A stretch of 64,000 bases of DNA. Source: Tubulanus polymorphus. Taxonomy: Eukaryota; Animalia; Nemertea. Below are positions 37,234 to 50,400 of the stretch, one piece after another. Both the position numbers and the translations under genes were made by a program. The notes below the pieces were generated by a model, which saw only the letters and a list, made by a program, of their open reading frames with translations, was not told where the DNA came from and did not search any database. The stretch is taken from assembly GCF_964204645.1 (NCBI RefSeq), contig NC_134030.1, forward strand, positions 5,622,778 through 5,686,777. The letters run 5' to 3'. Position 1 is the first letter of the stretch, and every line of letters starts with the position of its first letter.

Positions 37234-40200
37234 TTACGACCACACCCTAACTGTATAATCACTACCTCCTGATACCATAAATTCTCCAGATTTATCAAAC
37301 ACGGATGCCTGTACTGCATCTTCATGACCAACTAGACAGGTCACCTGTAAAAGAGGACATTTTTTCAGCAAATCTTAAGCATACACGACTAAGTTCAAAT
37401 ATCCAATCAAGAAACCCTTGCTTTCAATTCTCCACGCATCTTTCATAACACTTGGTGATATGCAATAATTTCGAGGTCAATCATTTCTTCACCCTATCTT
37501 CCCCTATTCGTTTACTAAACCGGGCTCAGAATGGTACATACCTGTCCTGTAGCTAGTTCATACATTTTGATCGTGCCGTCGTTGCTGCAGATTGCCAGTA
37601 CTGCGGCAGACGGATCGAACGTCACCTGATTGGCCGGATGCGGCCCGACATCGATACTAGACATCGGCGAAACTGTTCGAATATCCCACAGTTTTACGAC
37701 TCCATACGAATCACATGATGCTATTGTATCTCCCTGTAAAAATTCAATAAGATAACTTGCCATCACATTTGTTGACTAGGGGTCGGGGCACATTCAGTTT
37801 AAATTCCATAAGACTAGCAATTTAGTGGGCAGTGGAATGGCTACACCCTACAACACTGTTTTCACTTCTATGTGACGAGGGGCTATGCCTCCTTTGAATC
37901 TCCCTTGTTTTAAAAGGCTTGATGTAAACTCACCTTTAGGTTGAAAGTTGCACTGTTGACTGAGTGCATGTGTCCATAGAAAGTCTGAGCACACAGGCCC
38001 TGAAAGTACATAGGTTTACAGAAGATTAGTGAATAAAGTAGTCAAATGAAACTAAATGGAGGATTTATGGAGGATTAAGGTCTTCGTGCTAACCGTTCTA
38101 GCATCCCACAATGACAATGTTTTATCAGCAGAACTTGTACAAAGTATGTTAGAAAAGGGTAAGAACTGTATACTGTTAACCGAATCGGCATGACCTCGCA
38201 ATGTGTAACGACATCTCAAACTGGAACGAAAAAAAAACATATTTCAAGATTAATGAAAAAGTCCCAAAGTTATAGTTTTGCGATGAATATGAATCAAGAC
38301 CTGAAGTTGTATAAATTGACACTCCCAGATGGAGAACAAACCTGTTCAAATCCCAGATCTTAGAAGAGTTATCCATAGACGCCGTAGCAAGGAAGTCTCC
38401 ACAAGTGTGCCAGCTCGATGACCACACTGAAATATCAAATAACAATTCAGTACCCATAATATTTGAGACCGGATATGTTCAAACAAAGCCTTCGTTACGC
38501 GATGAATGTAAACTAACCTGCGTGTGTATGATCTGTGAATGTATGGATACATTTCGCTTTACCGAAGTCCCAGATTTTCACGGTCGTATCTCCGCTCGTA
38601 GTTGCAAGGCGGGTACCCCTAAAAATCCGAGGATGAGAGACTGATTTTCACTACAAGTCTGATGAATACTTAGAATAGAAGTCTTTAATCGGCATAACTA
38701 ATCACAGTGAACCCTTGAGAATAGGTTCCGAATACTTATACAGCCGAATACTTATATCCGAATACGTATTTGCCTGTACTTACGAAGGATGAAAATCACA
38801 AGATGAAACCCAGTCTGAATGTCCCTCGCCTGTCATTATTATATCGCCGCTAGGTACTGCCCACATTTTCCATGAATTATCGTCGCTGGTCGTACAAAGG
38901 ATCTGTTTCTTCGGATGAAGGGCAACTCTAAAACAAACAATGACAATCAGTGGTGTCCACAGAACAAAATACATGACAAGAGATTGATGTGAAAAATGGA
39001 TGTCTGCTTGAAAAAATGTGAAAAATCTGTGAAAAATTATGAAAGTTAGTGAAAATTCAAGAAATCTTGATCCCTTTTTTAAGCCAAATACCGTGGAGCT
39101 CAGAAGCTTTGTTGGAATTTTAGAATTTTGATATTGATCTGTCCAGATTGTGATCAGTGACGATTGTTCAAATGAAAGTTAGGTGTGAAAAAATGTAAAT
39201 CAGTAACTCAGTAAGCGAACACCTACCCACTGACTGCGAGCGAATGGGCCTGGAATGTATTCGACAATCTGAAACCACCCGTTCTCGTGAGATGACCGGG
39301 TGGCGCTTTAATCTGCGATAGAAGCGGATTCACACGAGTATCGATAGGAAATTCTGCGTCCTGGAAAAGAGAAAAAACATAAGAATTCATGCATGGGTAC
39401 AATCTGACAAGTTTTCTTAAGGTCGAGCGTTGATGCGCGTTAACAGTTTTAAACGTACATTCGGATGTCGTTTTCCTTCCTCGAAGAAGTATTTTGAAGT
39501 GTTACTATACGAGCGAGCAGCAGCCAGCGCTCGTTGACTCGGTCCACGGCCATCTTTATCCACAAACATCTCCTGTCCTTTCTGACATGAATGGAACGAC
39601 ATGGACGTCATTCCTACAAATAAATCAAAACAGTTCAAACTCTAATAGATCAATTTTAATCTGAACCTCAGGATCTCGTCACATATAGCTGAGGGTACAA
39701 AATCAAAGCCATATCCCAGTATCAAAACATGCAAGACAAATGGGGAAGACAAATTTAGGTCCAGTCAAATCCACTCAATTTGGATCAGTTTTTACCAAAT
39801 ATTTTTTACAGTCCACCTTTACATAAATGTATAAAAAATATGATGTTCAATCTGGATTTCCCATAAGCCGGACGATTTCTCAACTGATCCCAATTAAGCG
39901 GTTGTATAGAGTTTCTTGGTGTTGAAATACCTGTATGTTCTTTAGCTGGTGAACTACCACCAGTACTGATACTCTTAATAGTACTCTGTAAACCGACCAC
40001 TTGTCCAACGGCTCGATCTCGCTCCAATTTCGTCAACATTTTCTCTTTCATCGCGACCTCGTATTTATTTTTGAGTTGTTGTAATGCTGGTTCATACGAT
40101 GAATAATGTTTCTTGATTCTAGAATATCAAACATAACGTAATTATGCTGTAGAATATTACCTGCCGATAAGGTATTCATTGCTGGAAGTAATGACACGAT

Positions 40201-41595
40201 TTGGTTTAAAACTACTAAACCCTAGGAAATATCTTTTAATTTGTCAAAAAAAATATGAAGCCATGAACGTTTGAGCTAACGAAAGGCAATTATATCTCAT
40301 ATCAGTTCCAAAATCTACCTTTTAATGTCAGTGACGAGTTTATTTTTTTCTTGTACGACGCGTTTATGATGCATTCTGTGGAAATCGCGGTCCTTTCTCA
40401 GTTTCACGTACATATCCTTCGTTTTCCTGGAAATTACGATAAAAAGTAAGTACACCATGAGAGCAATCTGGACCCCTACGAAATGTCTTATGCCAAGACT
40501 GAGGTGGATCCCACTTGTGGCCTTCAGCGTAGCTGTTTTGGAATGCCCTTTTTCCCCTTCCATTTTCCTAGAGTAGATCCTCCCCCATTGACACAATTTT
40601 AATCCTCAATTACCACAGTCGACTGTGGAGATCTTCAGACTCTATGTGCAACCGCGACCTTAGGTGGGAACTTACACAGCGGCATCTTTGAATCGATCAC
40701 GTTCAGTTCGTAGGAATTTCACTTCATTATCGAGTTGCTGATTACGAATATAAATATCAGGGACAACATCAACATCTTCTTCATTTAATAAACCCTTCTG
40801 TTGTAATTCATACCTGGAAAAAGTTACAACAAATTATCGAACACAATTTTCTATCAATTTTGAAAGTGTCTACGGTCTGATCTTACCATTCAGTTTGAAA
40901 GCAATCAAAAGTTCTCATCATTCCCATTTTGACTAAGAAATTTCGCATGAAATCATCAATTAATTCGGGACGATGCGATAACTCTTTCCTGGCGATCGAT
41001 TCTTTGCGAATCTTTGATTCTTCGTCTTGTGATTTTTCCTGAATCGCTCGCACAGCTGCGTCGAGATCTTCTTCCTCTGTGTAAAAAAGAACAATGCTAT
41101 CAATTTATAATTTAACCCAAAATCAGACCTGCCTTAGTTATCTGTGCCAGGAGGTAGGATATCAAACTAAACTTTAACTAAAGGCCACCCGAGGGAGGCT
41201 AAAATTACCTTCAACTTCAATGTCATCATCGACAGGGACTTCTTCATACTCATAATCCTCATCTAAATCTTGTATTATCTGCTCCTCTATTTTATGATGG
41301 TGAAAGAAAAATAACTTTCTTGTTGTTTGAGTTAACGAAAGAAGTTCAAAATCATATCATATTCTGAAAAGACTGATTTGAAGAAAGTTCATTGTTGGTT
41401 TAGTCTTTTTAGAAATTGTTTAAACTTACAAGGGCCAAATCATGCTACATTTTCAAAAGCCAAATATGCAGCAAATATGCAGTACTTATAAATGAGGAAG
41501 TAACAAAACGGATGGGCCGAAAACCTGCTGGTGTGGCAAATAAAAAGGATACTTTGCAGATAAAATTTATTTCCATCCAATACATCGGTCGCCAT
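37234..41595 (-). CDS. SPAG16: Sperm-associated antigen 16 / PF20 (central-pair WD40 protein), about 15 exons
   Basis: Exons 41595-41553, 41286-41209, 41076-40887, 40813-40676, then approximately 40428-40319, 40119-39931, 39613-39457, 39360-39228, 38927-38784, 38615-38562, 38427-38342, 38220-38094, 37999-37934, 37733-37542, 37344-37234. Motifs FYLQ..DYEYEEVP, DDFMRNFLVKMGM..FDCFQTEWYE, LRKDRDFHRMHHKRVVQEKNKL, MKEKMLTKLERDRA and WD40 repeats ending TVRVWS*. Confidence 0.95.
41287..41552 (-). other. U12-type (minor spliceosome) GT-AG intron 1 of SPAG16
   Basis: 5' site GTATCCTTT; branch-like TTCTTTCAC about 13-21 nt before the AG; no polypyrimidine tract (catcataaaatag); reading frame is kept. 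Confidence 0.85.
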
Positions 41596-41861
41596 CTTGT
41601 TTTACGCGTTGTCTGGCAACGGCGTAACAAAGTTTCGCAATGGCTATAACAAAAATTAACACCAATCAACTTTTCTCTTTTTCTTATTGTTTTTGTATAT
41701 CTTGAATGTCAAGAATTTTGTTTTACCTTGATGAATGTTACGAAGTGCATGTTCTGATTATTTCTAAACTTCCATTTGGTAGAAAAAGTCGATCAAATTC
41801 AATTCAACTACAAAGCCGTCCCTGAGCGCTTAATGTCCCTGGTTCTAAAGTTTAACACAAA
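41596..41861. promoter_or_regulatory. Compact bidirectional promoter SPAG16/ORC4 with RFX X-box
   Basis: 266 bp between divergent ATGs; X-box-like GTTGTCTGGCAAC at 41608-41620 next to the SPAG16 start. Confidence 0.7.
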
Positions 41862-44800
41862 ATGATCGACCCAGATTCAATATCCGAAGCCCAAAGAGTA
41901 ATCCGAGAACGAATATGCCAGCACAGGATACCGTTCGAAATTAAATGTTGTCACGAAGAACAAAGGTAAGGAAGAGTTTGTAATTTTTCCGTTTGAAATA
42001 GCAAAAATCGCTCTGCGAAAAATGCAGACGCTTCAAATTTTCAACATCTGATCTGTCATGTCACTCACTTTCAGTCGATTATTAGACTTGATACAGAGAA
42101 CGGCTAAAGTGGGTGAGAGTAACTCATTATTAGTGATAGGACCGAGAGGCAGTGGCAAAACTGTGGTGAGTTTCAACCTATTCCTGCAATAATGGTCAGG
42201 ATAGGAAGGATCAAATGTGCCGATCCTTTCCTCAATAACTCCTCGACTTTGCGTGGTGTCACATGGATTTAAGTAAGCCAATTCATTACAATACATTACA
42301 GATTCTGAATCAAATTTTACAAGAGCTAAAACAAAACAAAGAAGTGAGAGAAAATCTATTGGAAGTGAAACTGAACGGTAAGAATTCCCTTTATCAATTT
42401 CCCATCAGACGCAAGTCTGAATTCTCATAGAGAATAACCGTCTCAAAATGATTTCACAGGATTGGTTCAGACCGATGATAGAATTGCGTTGAAAGAAATA
42501 ACTCGGCAATTAAAACTAGAAAATACAGTCGGAGACAAAGTATTCGTAAGTATAATCCAGGTCAACACCTGGCTGACTAGACTCTAGCTGCAGCCAGCAC
42601 CAGTGAAATAGTTGCTGGTAAAGTATGACTTATAATATTGCAAATTTTGCATTATTCAAATTTTAACTTTAAACCGAGGCTGGTAAATTAGGGTTCTCCA
42701 CTGTACAGTTTAGGTATTGCATTTCCCAGTCCTGTTAAAGTGGCTGGTAGTTCTTCAATTCACGATGATACGCCACACTCACTGGATGAAGTCAAAAGAA
42801 GTTGATTATTTTTGTACAATCGGGCCCTCCGAATTCTATCACATATTGATGTACGATTGTATTGTACTATTCTAGGGCTCATTTGCAGAAAATTTACAGT
42901 TCTTATTGGAGTCATTGAAAAGTGGTAAGTATGAAATTAGAATCTAATCATGAAATTAACCAGAATTCCAAAAATGAGATTCTACCTTACTGTAACATCC
43001 AGACATCTCTTGATAACTGAAACTTGTTTCTAGCGAATCTTTTCACAATTTATTAATAAACGAAAACACTGACTGTGTTGTAACCATATCCCACTATAAG
43101 AATGAAAGAAGTCATAAATGACCCCTTCATCTGGTTTGTTTTACTCTTGTTGTAGAATCAATTTTATATTGATAAACGTTTTGTGCTGTGTTCCAAGTCA
43201 GCCGGTACCGAGTAAGGTTATATCCACTGTATAATCAATTATTTGTATCACTTTTTCAGGAAATCAGGGCAGTAAATCGATTGTGTTCATTTTGGATGAG
43301 TTTGATTTGTTTACGTTCCACAAGAATCAGACTTTATTGTATAATCTATTCGATGTATCGCAATCAGCTCAAACACCGATCTGTGTGATTGGATTGACAT
43401 GTAGACTTGTGAGTATGAACAATTTATTCTCCATCTATGTACGTTCCCCCTAGACATAGGTGTATGTGTGAAATGTATCTAATCTGAATTTTTCATAAAC
43501 TGGATTAGGCAGGTTTCAATCGAAAGTTATCTGGTTGAAGAATATCAATTCTGGATCACAAACTCTCTTTCTGGCCTTTTACTCGGGTTTGCAGACAGTC
43601 ATTCCGGAATACGTAGAGCATATCGTATTCTGGTCAAAACTAACTTGCTATAAGAGTATTCCAAAAATGATAGACGAATTAAAACCTGTCTTCAGTTTCA
43701 TTTGTCCTCAATGATCAGGATTAACCCTTTCAATGCGTCTTCACCGCAGTGCGGTGTATAGATTGGTGATGTATTTTGCTAGTACACCGCACTGCGGTGT
43801 ATTGATGTAATTAGTAATTAATTTCTATCTCTATTGAAAGATGGCAGCACCTGTCAAACATAGTGAAATACTAGTAACTAACAATGCACCGCGCTGCGGT
43901 GTAGACGCACTATAGTGGTATTCCCGTTAACACACTAGGGTGGAATTTTTTAAAATTTTCAAATTATCTCCAGCACTATAGGGTATTGATTAGTCAGCAC
44001 TGAAAGGGTTAAGCAGGTTTAACTGTATTCCCCTCGGTCGGACTCATATTTTCGTCTTAATTTTGTGAATGACAGAATACAATCCTCATGAATTTGTAAC
44101 TGTGCCTCTACTCTTACAGGATGTTACCGAGCTGCTTGAAAAGCGAGTTAAATCAAGATTCTCACATCGACAGATTTATTTATTCAACAATTTCTCATTT
44201 ACGGAATACTGTGATATATTCGAGCGCTATCTCACGTTACCCGCTGATTTCACTGATAAATCATATGCTAAGAAATGGAATAGCCACATACATGTGAGTC
44301 AGATGAAACACTTTAATCCATGTCAACTGTAGAATTGATAAGAAAGTTCAATGATTAAACTTGATGCAATAAAACTAGAATTTTTAAAACAGAACCACCA
44401 CCTTTCGGCTGTTGACTGTCAGCCATCATCAAGAAGACAAACTTCCTGATTATAAACAACCTAAACATTGTGGTTTAATTTTAATAAATCTTCATTGCAT
44501 TGAATTCCATTGTAGGAGTTTTCTACTATTTATCTACTGGTACACATAAGTGCTACACTGAATATATTGTCGTGTCTTCTGAAGCTTATTATCCGTATGT
44601 TATATGTAAAATGGTCATCGTTTCAGAAATTACGGAAAGACTCTGCAGTTGTTGATATCCTAAAAAAACAGTATCATCTGTCAAAAGACATTCGAGCATT
44701 ACAGGCTCTTATGGTAAGGAACAAAGTTCTTAGTTTACGCCACAAGGTTAAGAACTCTGTATGTCTGTAGTTATTGTCATCCATCAGTCTGTCATTATAA

Positions 44801-46148
44801 ATTGCTATTGTTGATGTTATAGAACGAAAATGTCAGCTATACGTTGAAAATGGTTGATTGTAAGGATAAAAGCAGAAATGAGGAAAAATTATTTCAAACT
44901 GACTAAACCCAATAATTAGAAAGAATGATTATCGGTGCATTTATGTTTTGGCTCAATTCTATGAGGCCTTTTCGAAGCTGAAAATAGCTGATGGAGTTTC
45001 TAAGTTTCTAATTGTGGGTGTTTTCAATTCAAATCAGACATTCACTTGTCTATGGGAACCGGAGAAAAGTAGTTATCAAAGCGGCCTATTAGTAATAAAT
45101 GTTCTTTTGTAGTATTTTCCAGTATTCAATACAAATGTTGATCAGCCATTTCTGGAAGCTGCTGATTTTTTGGAGGCTGTACAAACACTTTCACACGATA
45201 CTAAGTCATCAATGCTACAGGGTAAGTGCACCGTTAAAGTCTAACTACATTGTCAAATTTAATTCATTTTCAATTATATCTGAATTCTACGGAATTTTCA
45301 CGAAGTCGAATGTACATAGAGTTGATATTCTCATGAATTCCAGATACAATTGTCTACTGATTTCAGGTATTTCAATTCTGGAATTATGTTTGATGATCGC
45401 GATGAAACATTTGGATGAAATTTACGAAGGAGAACCGTTCAATTTTGAGATGGTTTATGACAGTGAGTATCTAAAACTACTTGTTAAATGTTGTAACTGC
45501 CTGTAAATGATGTAAGAACGATGTATAAATACTGAGTATAAAGGTATATAAATAATGATTTAAACTAATATTCGCTGGAACTTGTTTTTCCCTAGAATAT
45601 AAGCAGTTTTCTCAGAAGAAATCTACTATGCAGACGTTTGAAAGAGCAGTTGTTTTAAAAGTATGTTTCATTCTATGTTTAGATTATTTGATGAGGTGAC
45701 ATTGATTATTTATAAGGGGTCATTCATTTATTACGTACGCATTTGGGGAGGGGGAGGGGGTCTGTGCAATTGCGTAATGTAATGCTTAATATATATGAAA
45801 GAATGGCCGATTTTGCGTACAGAGGGGGAGGGGGGGTTGAAAAATTCAAATTTTATGCGTACGTAATAAATGAATGATCCCTAAGGAATAATGTTTGTTT
45901 GGCTTTATGGCGTTCAGATCTTGGTTTTCCCAAGTTTTCATTGGTTTTTCCATAATGTTTTTCAGGCTTACGAACATTTGGTAGCGCTTGAATTAATACG
46001 GCCGGCTGATGGCGGTACAAAAACTCAGAAAGAATTCAAACCGATGAATTTACTCATAGATGGGACACAAATCGATGAAGCTGTGAAATCGTATCCAAAC
46101 TGTCCAACTGAGATAAAACAATGGTCAAAAAGTATGGCTATGGCTTGA
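41862..46148 (+). CDS. ORC4: Origin recognition complex subunit 4, 12 coding exons
   Basis: Exons 41862-41965, 42075-42165, 42302-42377, 42460-42545, 42876-42924, 43260-43408, 44120-44293, 44627-44713, 45113-45221, 45367-45462, 45596-45660, 45966-46148; phases consistent. Walker [18 protein letters not shown], Walker [22 protein letters not shown]. Confidence 0.97.
43725..44008. mobile_element. piggyBac-like MITE family 1, copy 1
   Basis: TTAA|CCCTTTCA...TGAAAGGG|TTAA; three internal CACCGCNNTGCGGTG palindromes; similar copy at 50173. Confidence 0.9.
45716..45881. mobile_element. PIF/Harbinger (Tourist-like) MITE, copy 2
   Basis: About 26-bp TIRs, TAA target-site duplication on both sides; homologous to 28089-28247. 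Confidence 0.9.
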
Positions 46149-46289
46149 GATGGCTGAGTGAGGCAAAAGTGATTTGTTTATTTCATTGTATATTTAGTGA
46201 TTTGAATTTTGTAAAATAAATGTTGTGATTTGCTTAATTATATCATTGGAGGTATTTAGTAGAATTCAAAATGAGGATTCGAACCCAAC

Positions 46290-46445
46290 CAAATCAATGG
46301 ATTTTCGCGCGCTTCGGGATTCCCTCGTCGGTGGCAGGTGCGCGTGACGTATAAACGAACGCACCACGTGATGATTGGGTGGGGTCAATCAGGGATAATT
46401 GACGGCCGCCATTTTGACGAAGAGTGACAGCGTCGGATCGTAAGT
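46290..46445 (+). promoter_or_regulatory. CpG-rich PKNOX promoter and probable non-coding first exon
   Basis: E-box CACGTG, CRE-like GTGACGTA, reverse CCAAT, YY1-type GCCGCCATTTTG, donor gtaagt at 46440; acceptor before the first coding exon at about 47426. Confidence 0.6.
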
Positions 46446-47447
46446 TTAGCTGCCACTCAAAATCTATCCGCTTCGAATATCGCCGTTAGACGACGATAAC
46501 ACGGGCCTAGAATAACTTTTACGCAAAAAGGCAATCGTGAACTATGAAATGAAGCCTATTTCGAGGTGAACCGATGCCTATTTAGGCCGCTAGGCGACGA
46601 TAAACGGTTGACCTGCCCGCCGAAGGGGCAGTGTCTTGTAGCGATTGATTCATTGTCTGACGTGTATATTTATGTGTGATGTGTCGTGGTCGCCGTGTTT
46701 ATTGCTAATTATTCGTTCTGTCACACGTCAGCCTTACACTGACAGAGATATACGATGGCAGGGTGCTGCTGCAGTACCTCCTAAAAGCAGACGCTTGATA
46801 ATTTTAAATATTTGAAGGTGATAAAACGCGGAAAAGCTTTGTTTGTCGTTTACTACTCCACCGTACTACACGCGCACGACACACAATACTCTCTTATCAT
46901 CGAATCAAGTGTCACCACTTCAATATCGTCACTTGTTGATTGAATACATTTCCATATTTCTGATGGTCAAACCACGAATCAATTATTATAGATCAAAAGC
47001 CTCTTATATAGAAGTAACGATTTTAGAGTAAAGAATTTTGATTGTTGTTAAATAAAGTTAATATTCTCAGTTTTCACCCGTACAGTCACTTAAATTATCA
47101 ATTACCAATTCAATATGTGTTACTGTTTTAATTGACTATATTGGTAAAGGTAATCAGTAATAGAATAGAATCAGTAGTTTTCTATGTATTTGATCCTAAT
47201 TGTAAGAAGCTTATGACCATTTCTTATACTCACTAGCTCCTCTAAAAATCAATAATTCTATATACACTGTACGCATAATGTGTATTGTTATAAGTTTTGT
47301 ATAGTTTTTGCTGAAAGTGAAAACAGTTTTAGGCCTTTGTATGTATTTGACGATAACCTATTGATATATTCTATTTAACTATCTGATATCTGATGTAAAA
47401 TATCGAATTGTTTTTTTTTTTTACAGTGACACTGTCACATTTGACAG

Positions 47448-50400
47448 ATGATGCAGGAACATGGAGGTTTACATGGCGCGTTACATATACCCCTAACAGT
47501 ATCACTGGCCGGATACCGACAAGATCAACAGTTACAACCACAAGTCATTCAAATAACGAAATCAGAACAGCTTCAAAATCCGGACATGCAACAGGCAGCT
47601 CAGCCCGGAAGGTACTGTGTCCCAGTGTCCCTCAAGTGCAGATCCAGCAGGTTTCTATTTTGGAATACTCTTCTAGTGCGTTTGTTTTGACCAGAATACG
47701 CTCTGCCTATTCCGATATAGCATATGATCTGTAAACCTGATAGACGCTGCCAGTAGGGTGTTTCTATCTGTGTTGTACATAACACATTAACTACATGTTC
47801 TCCTGAAAGCGCTACAAGGCATCCTTCAATTTTAATGGGTTTTGCACTACTTTGGTACTTTTAATACCCGGTAGTGATGTCTATCATTATTGAAAACTGT
47901 CTACTGAGAGTTTTCAATCTGTAATTTTCATTTCTGAACCGGAATATGTTCAATCGAAACCTGCCTAGCCGTAGTCAGTGTGATATTTTGATCCCTTCAG
48001 TTTTATATAATTTGCTAAGTGTGTAAATCTAATTTCAGCCTTATTCAATTATCTACGTCCTCTGTACCTATGCAAGAGGTGGAAACAGTTCTGGAACCGG
48101 ACAAACAAGCTATTTACAGGTAAGGCTTGGTCATAGGTCCATATCCCCGAACTGCTTTCCTAGCTAAGACCAGAAACAGGCTAACACTGAACCCAGCAAG
48201 AGGTAGATGGCTTAAGATGTCTCCAGTTCCTGAGTTGATTAACTCCTATTCAAACAGTCATTGAAATCCTGAGAAAATTAACCATGTATGTCAAATTATT
48301 GATGAAACACTTTGTGTGTTGTCAAGATGATATAAAATTTCTACAATTAGAATGAAAATTCCAAAGCTGTTTCCTTGAGCTAGTGTAGTTTTTTCGACGT
48401 TTTGACTAATCCTATTTCTAGTCCTCTTCAGATTTCGCATTCTGATGGTGGGATTATTTAAAGCGAACTTCAACAATCTGTTTTTTGTTTGTTTCAGGCA
48501 TCCTTTATTTCCGTTGATGGCTCTGTTATTTGAGAAGTGCGAACAGGCGACTCAGACGCCCGATTGTCCGACTGCTGACAGTTTCGACGTCGATATCCAA
48601 GCTTTCGTTCATCAACAAGAACAAGAACGAAAACCTTTCTTCAGCGACGAACCTGAACTCGATAATTTGGTGAGTAAAATTCTGTTTAGTTTCTTAGATT
48701 CAACAAGTAGTTTGTAACTGTCTAACTGTAGGTCCTCAGAGTGTGTAGTTGAACCTTGTTGATCCCTTAAATCATAACGGGAAATGTTTGAAACTTTTTT
48801 AACAAAATGCCAAAAACTCCTTCAAGTTTGCAGTTGTACAGTAAAATACCCCTAAATCGAAAACAGTTGGGACCTGGATTTTTCTTTTTACCCAATAAGG
48901 CAGTCACCAAATAAGAAACAAAGTTTAGGTAGTGTTAAGTATTGAAAATTGCTTACAAAAGCACTGAATTACTGGTTTACCAAGTTAACAGTTATTACGA
49001 TTTAGGAGTAAATTGGTATATGAAAGTGATGCAGATGCTTTCTCAAGATTTTATATCCAGGAATTACTGATCTGTAGGGACCCAGTAAAATCTAATAAAT
49101 TCTTAATGCATGTCTCCAGAAATCAGGAAAAAAAATTAAGATTTTTGACAAGATACTTGTCCTTCAGTAATTTTTCTAAAAAATCAAAAAATTACCCTTT
49201 TGGACTTAACTTTTCATTCTGAGCATCGGAAGAACTATTAACGAAATATTATGGTTATTATTGATTTTTAGATGGTGAAAGCGATCCAAGTTTTGAGAAT
49301 TCATTTATTAGAACTGGAAAAAGTAAACGAACTATGCAAAGATTTCTGTACGCGGTACATCAGCTGTTTGAAGGGTAAATTACAAAGCGAGCAGTTATTG
49401 CGATCGGAGAACGACTGCGACGACTCGATGCAGTTCGAGTGTACGTCTCCGGGCGCGGATACCGGCGCGTCGTCGTCGATCGCTCCCGTCAGTCAACAGA
49501 CTCCCGCCGGTAATGTCGTTATGCAGAACTCGGCCGCGCAGCCGGCTAGTCTGAATCAAGGTCAGATCATCTCCGGCGGAACGGTTTATCAAATGGTGCA
49601 AACTCCGCAAGGACTCGTCGCGCAGCCTATACAGGTAAAACGCTTCAACTTTTCATTCAAACTTTTATGCTACCTAATGGTACTGTGGCACTCAAGGCAA
49701 TTTCCTGTGACTGGTAGACTGATATTAATCTCAGTATTTCAGAATTAATGAGCAAAACTTTCAGTTGATGATATAACGGTTTATTCTGACACTTTTGACT
49801 AAACTTCATCAGATTTAGTCAAAACTTTGAAATTGTTAAGAATAAACGGTTACAACTGTGGGTTTTGCTCATTAATGCAATTTCCTTTATGTTTTTGATC
49901 AGAAACCTTAATCAAAGGCAAACTGGGAGCGGGATACACTTACGATGAGGGTTTTGTATCCCGAGAAGATGCGAACTCCGTAGAATTGTATAATTTGAAT
50001 GTTGTAGATGGGTTTCATCTAAATTTTAGATACAGACTGTACCACCTATACAACCAGCAGTAACACAAGCGAGTGTGATCCACGGTAGTACGCCGCTTTC
50101 ACAAATAGGTGTCACCTCAACTCCTTCATCTTCCACTGTTACAAGTACAGGTTAGTTTAAACACTCTATTAACCCTTTCAGTGCGTCTACACCGCAGTGC
50201 GGTGTATGAATCGGTGATGGATTTTGCTAGTACACCGCACTGTGGTGTATTGATGTTAGTAATTAGTAATTATCTCTCTTGAAAAATGGCAGCACCAGTC
50301 AAACATAGTGAAATATTAACTAACTAACTAACTAACGATACACCGCACCACGGTGTAGACGCACCACAGTGGTATTCCTGTTATTCAACACACTAGGGTG

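Noticed and set aside
46272-46292. Isolated B-box (GGTTCGAATCC, minus strand) between ORC4 and PKNOX
   Set aside because: No A box or cloverleaf; cannot be told apart from a SINE remnant or chance.
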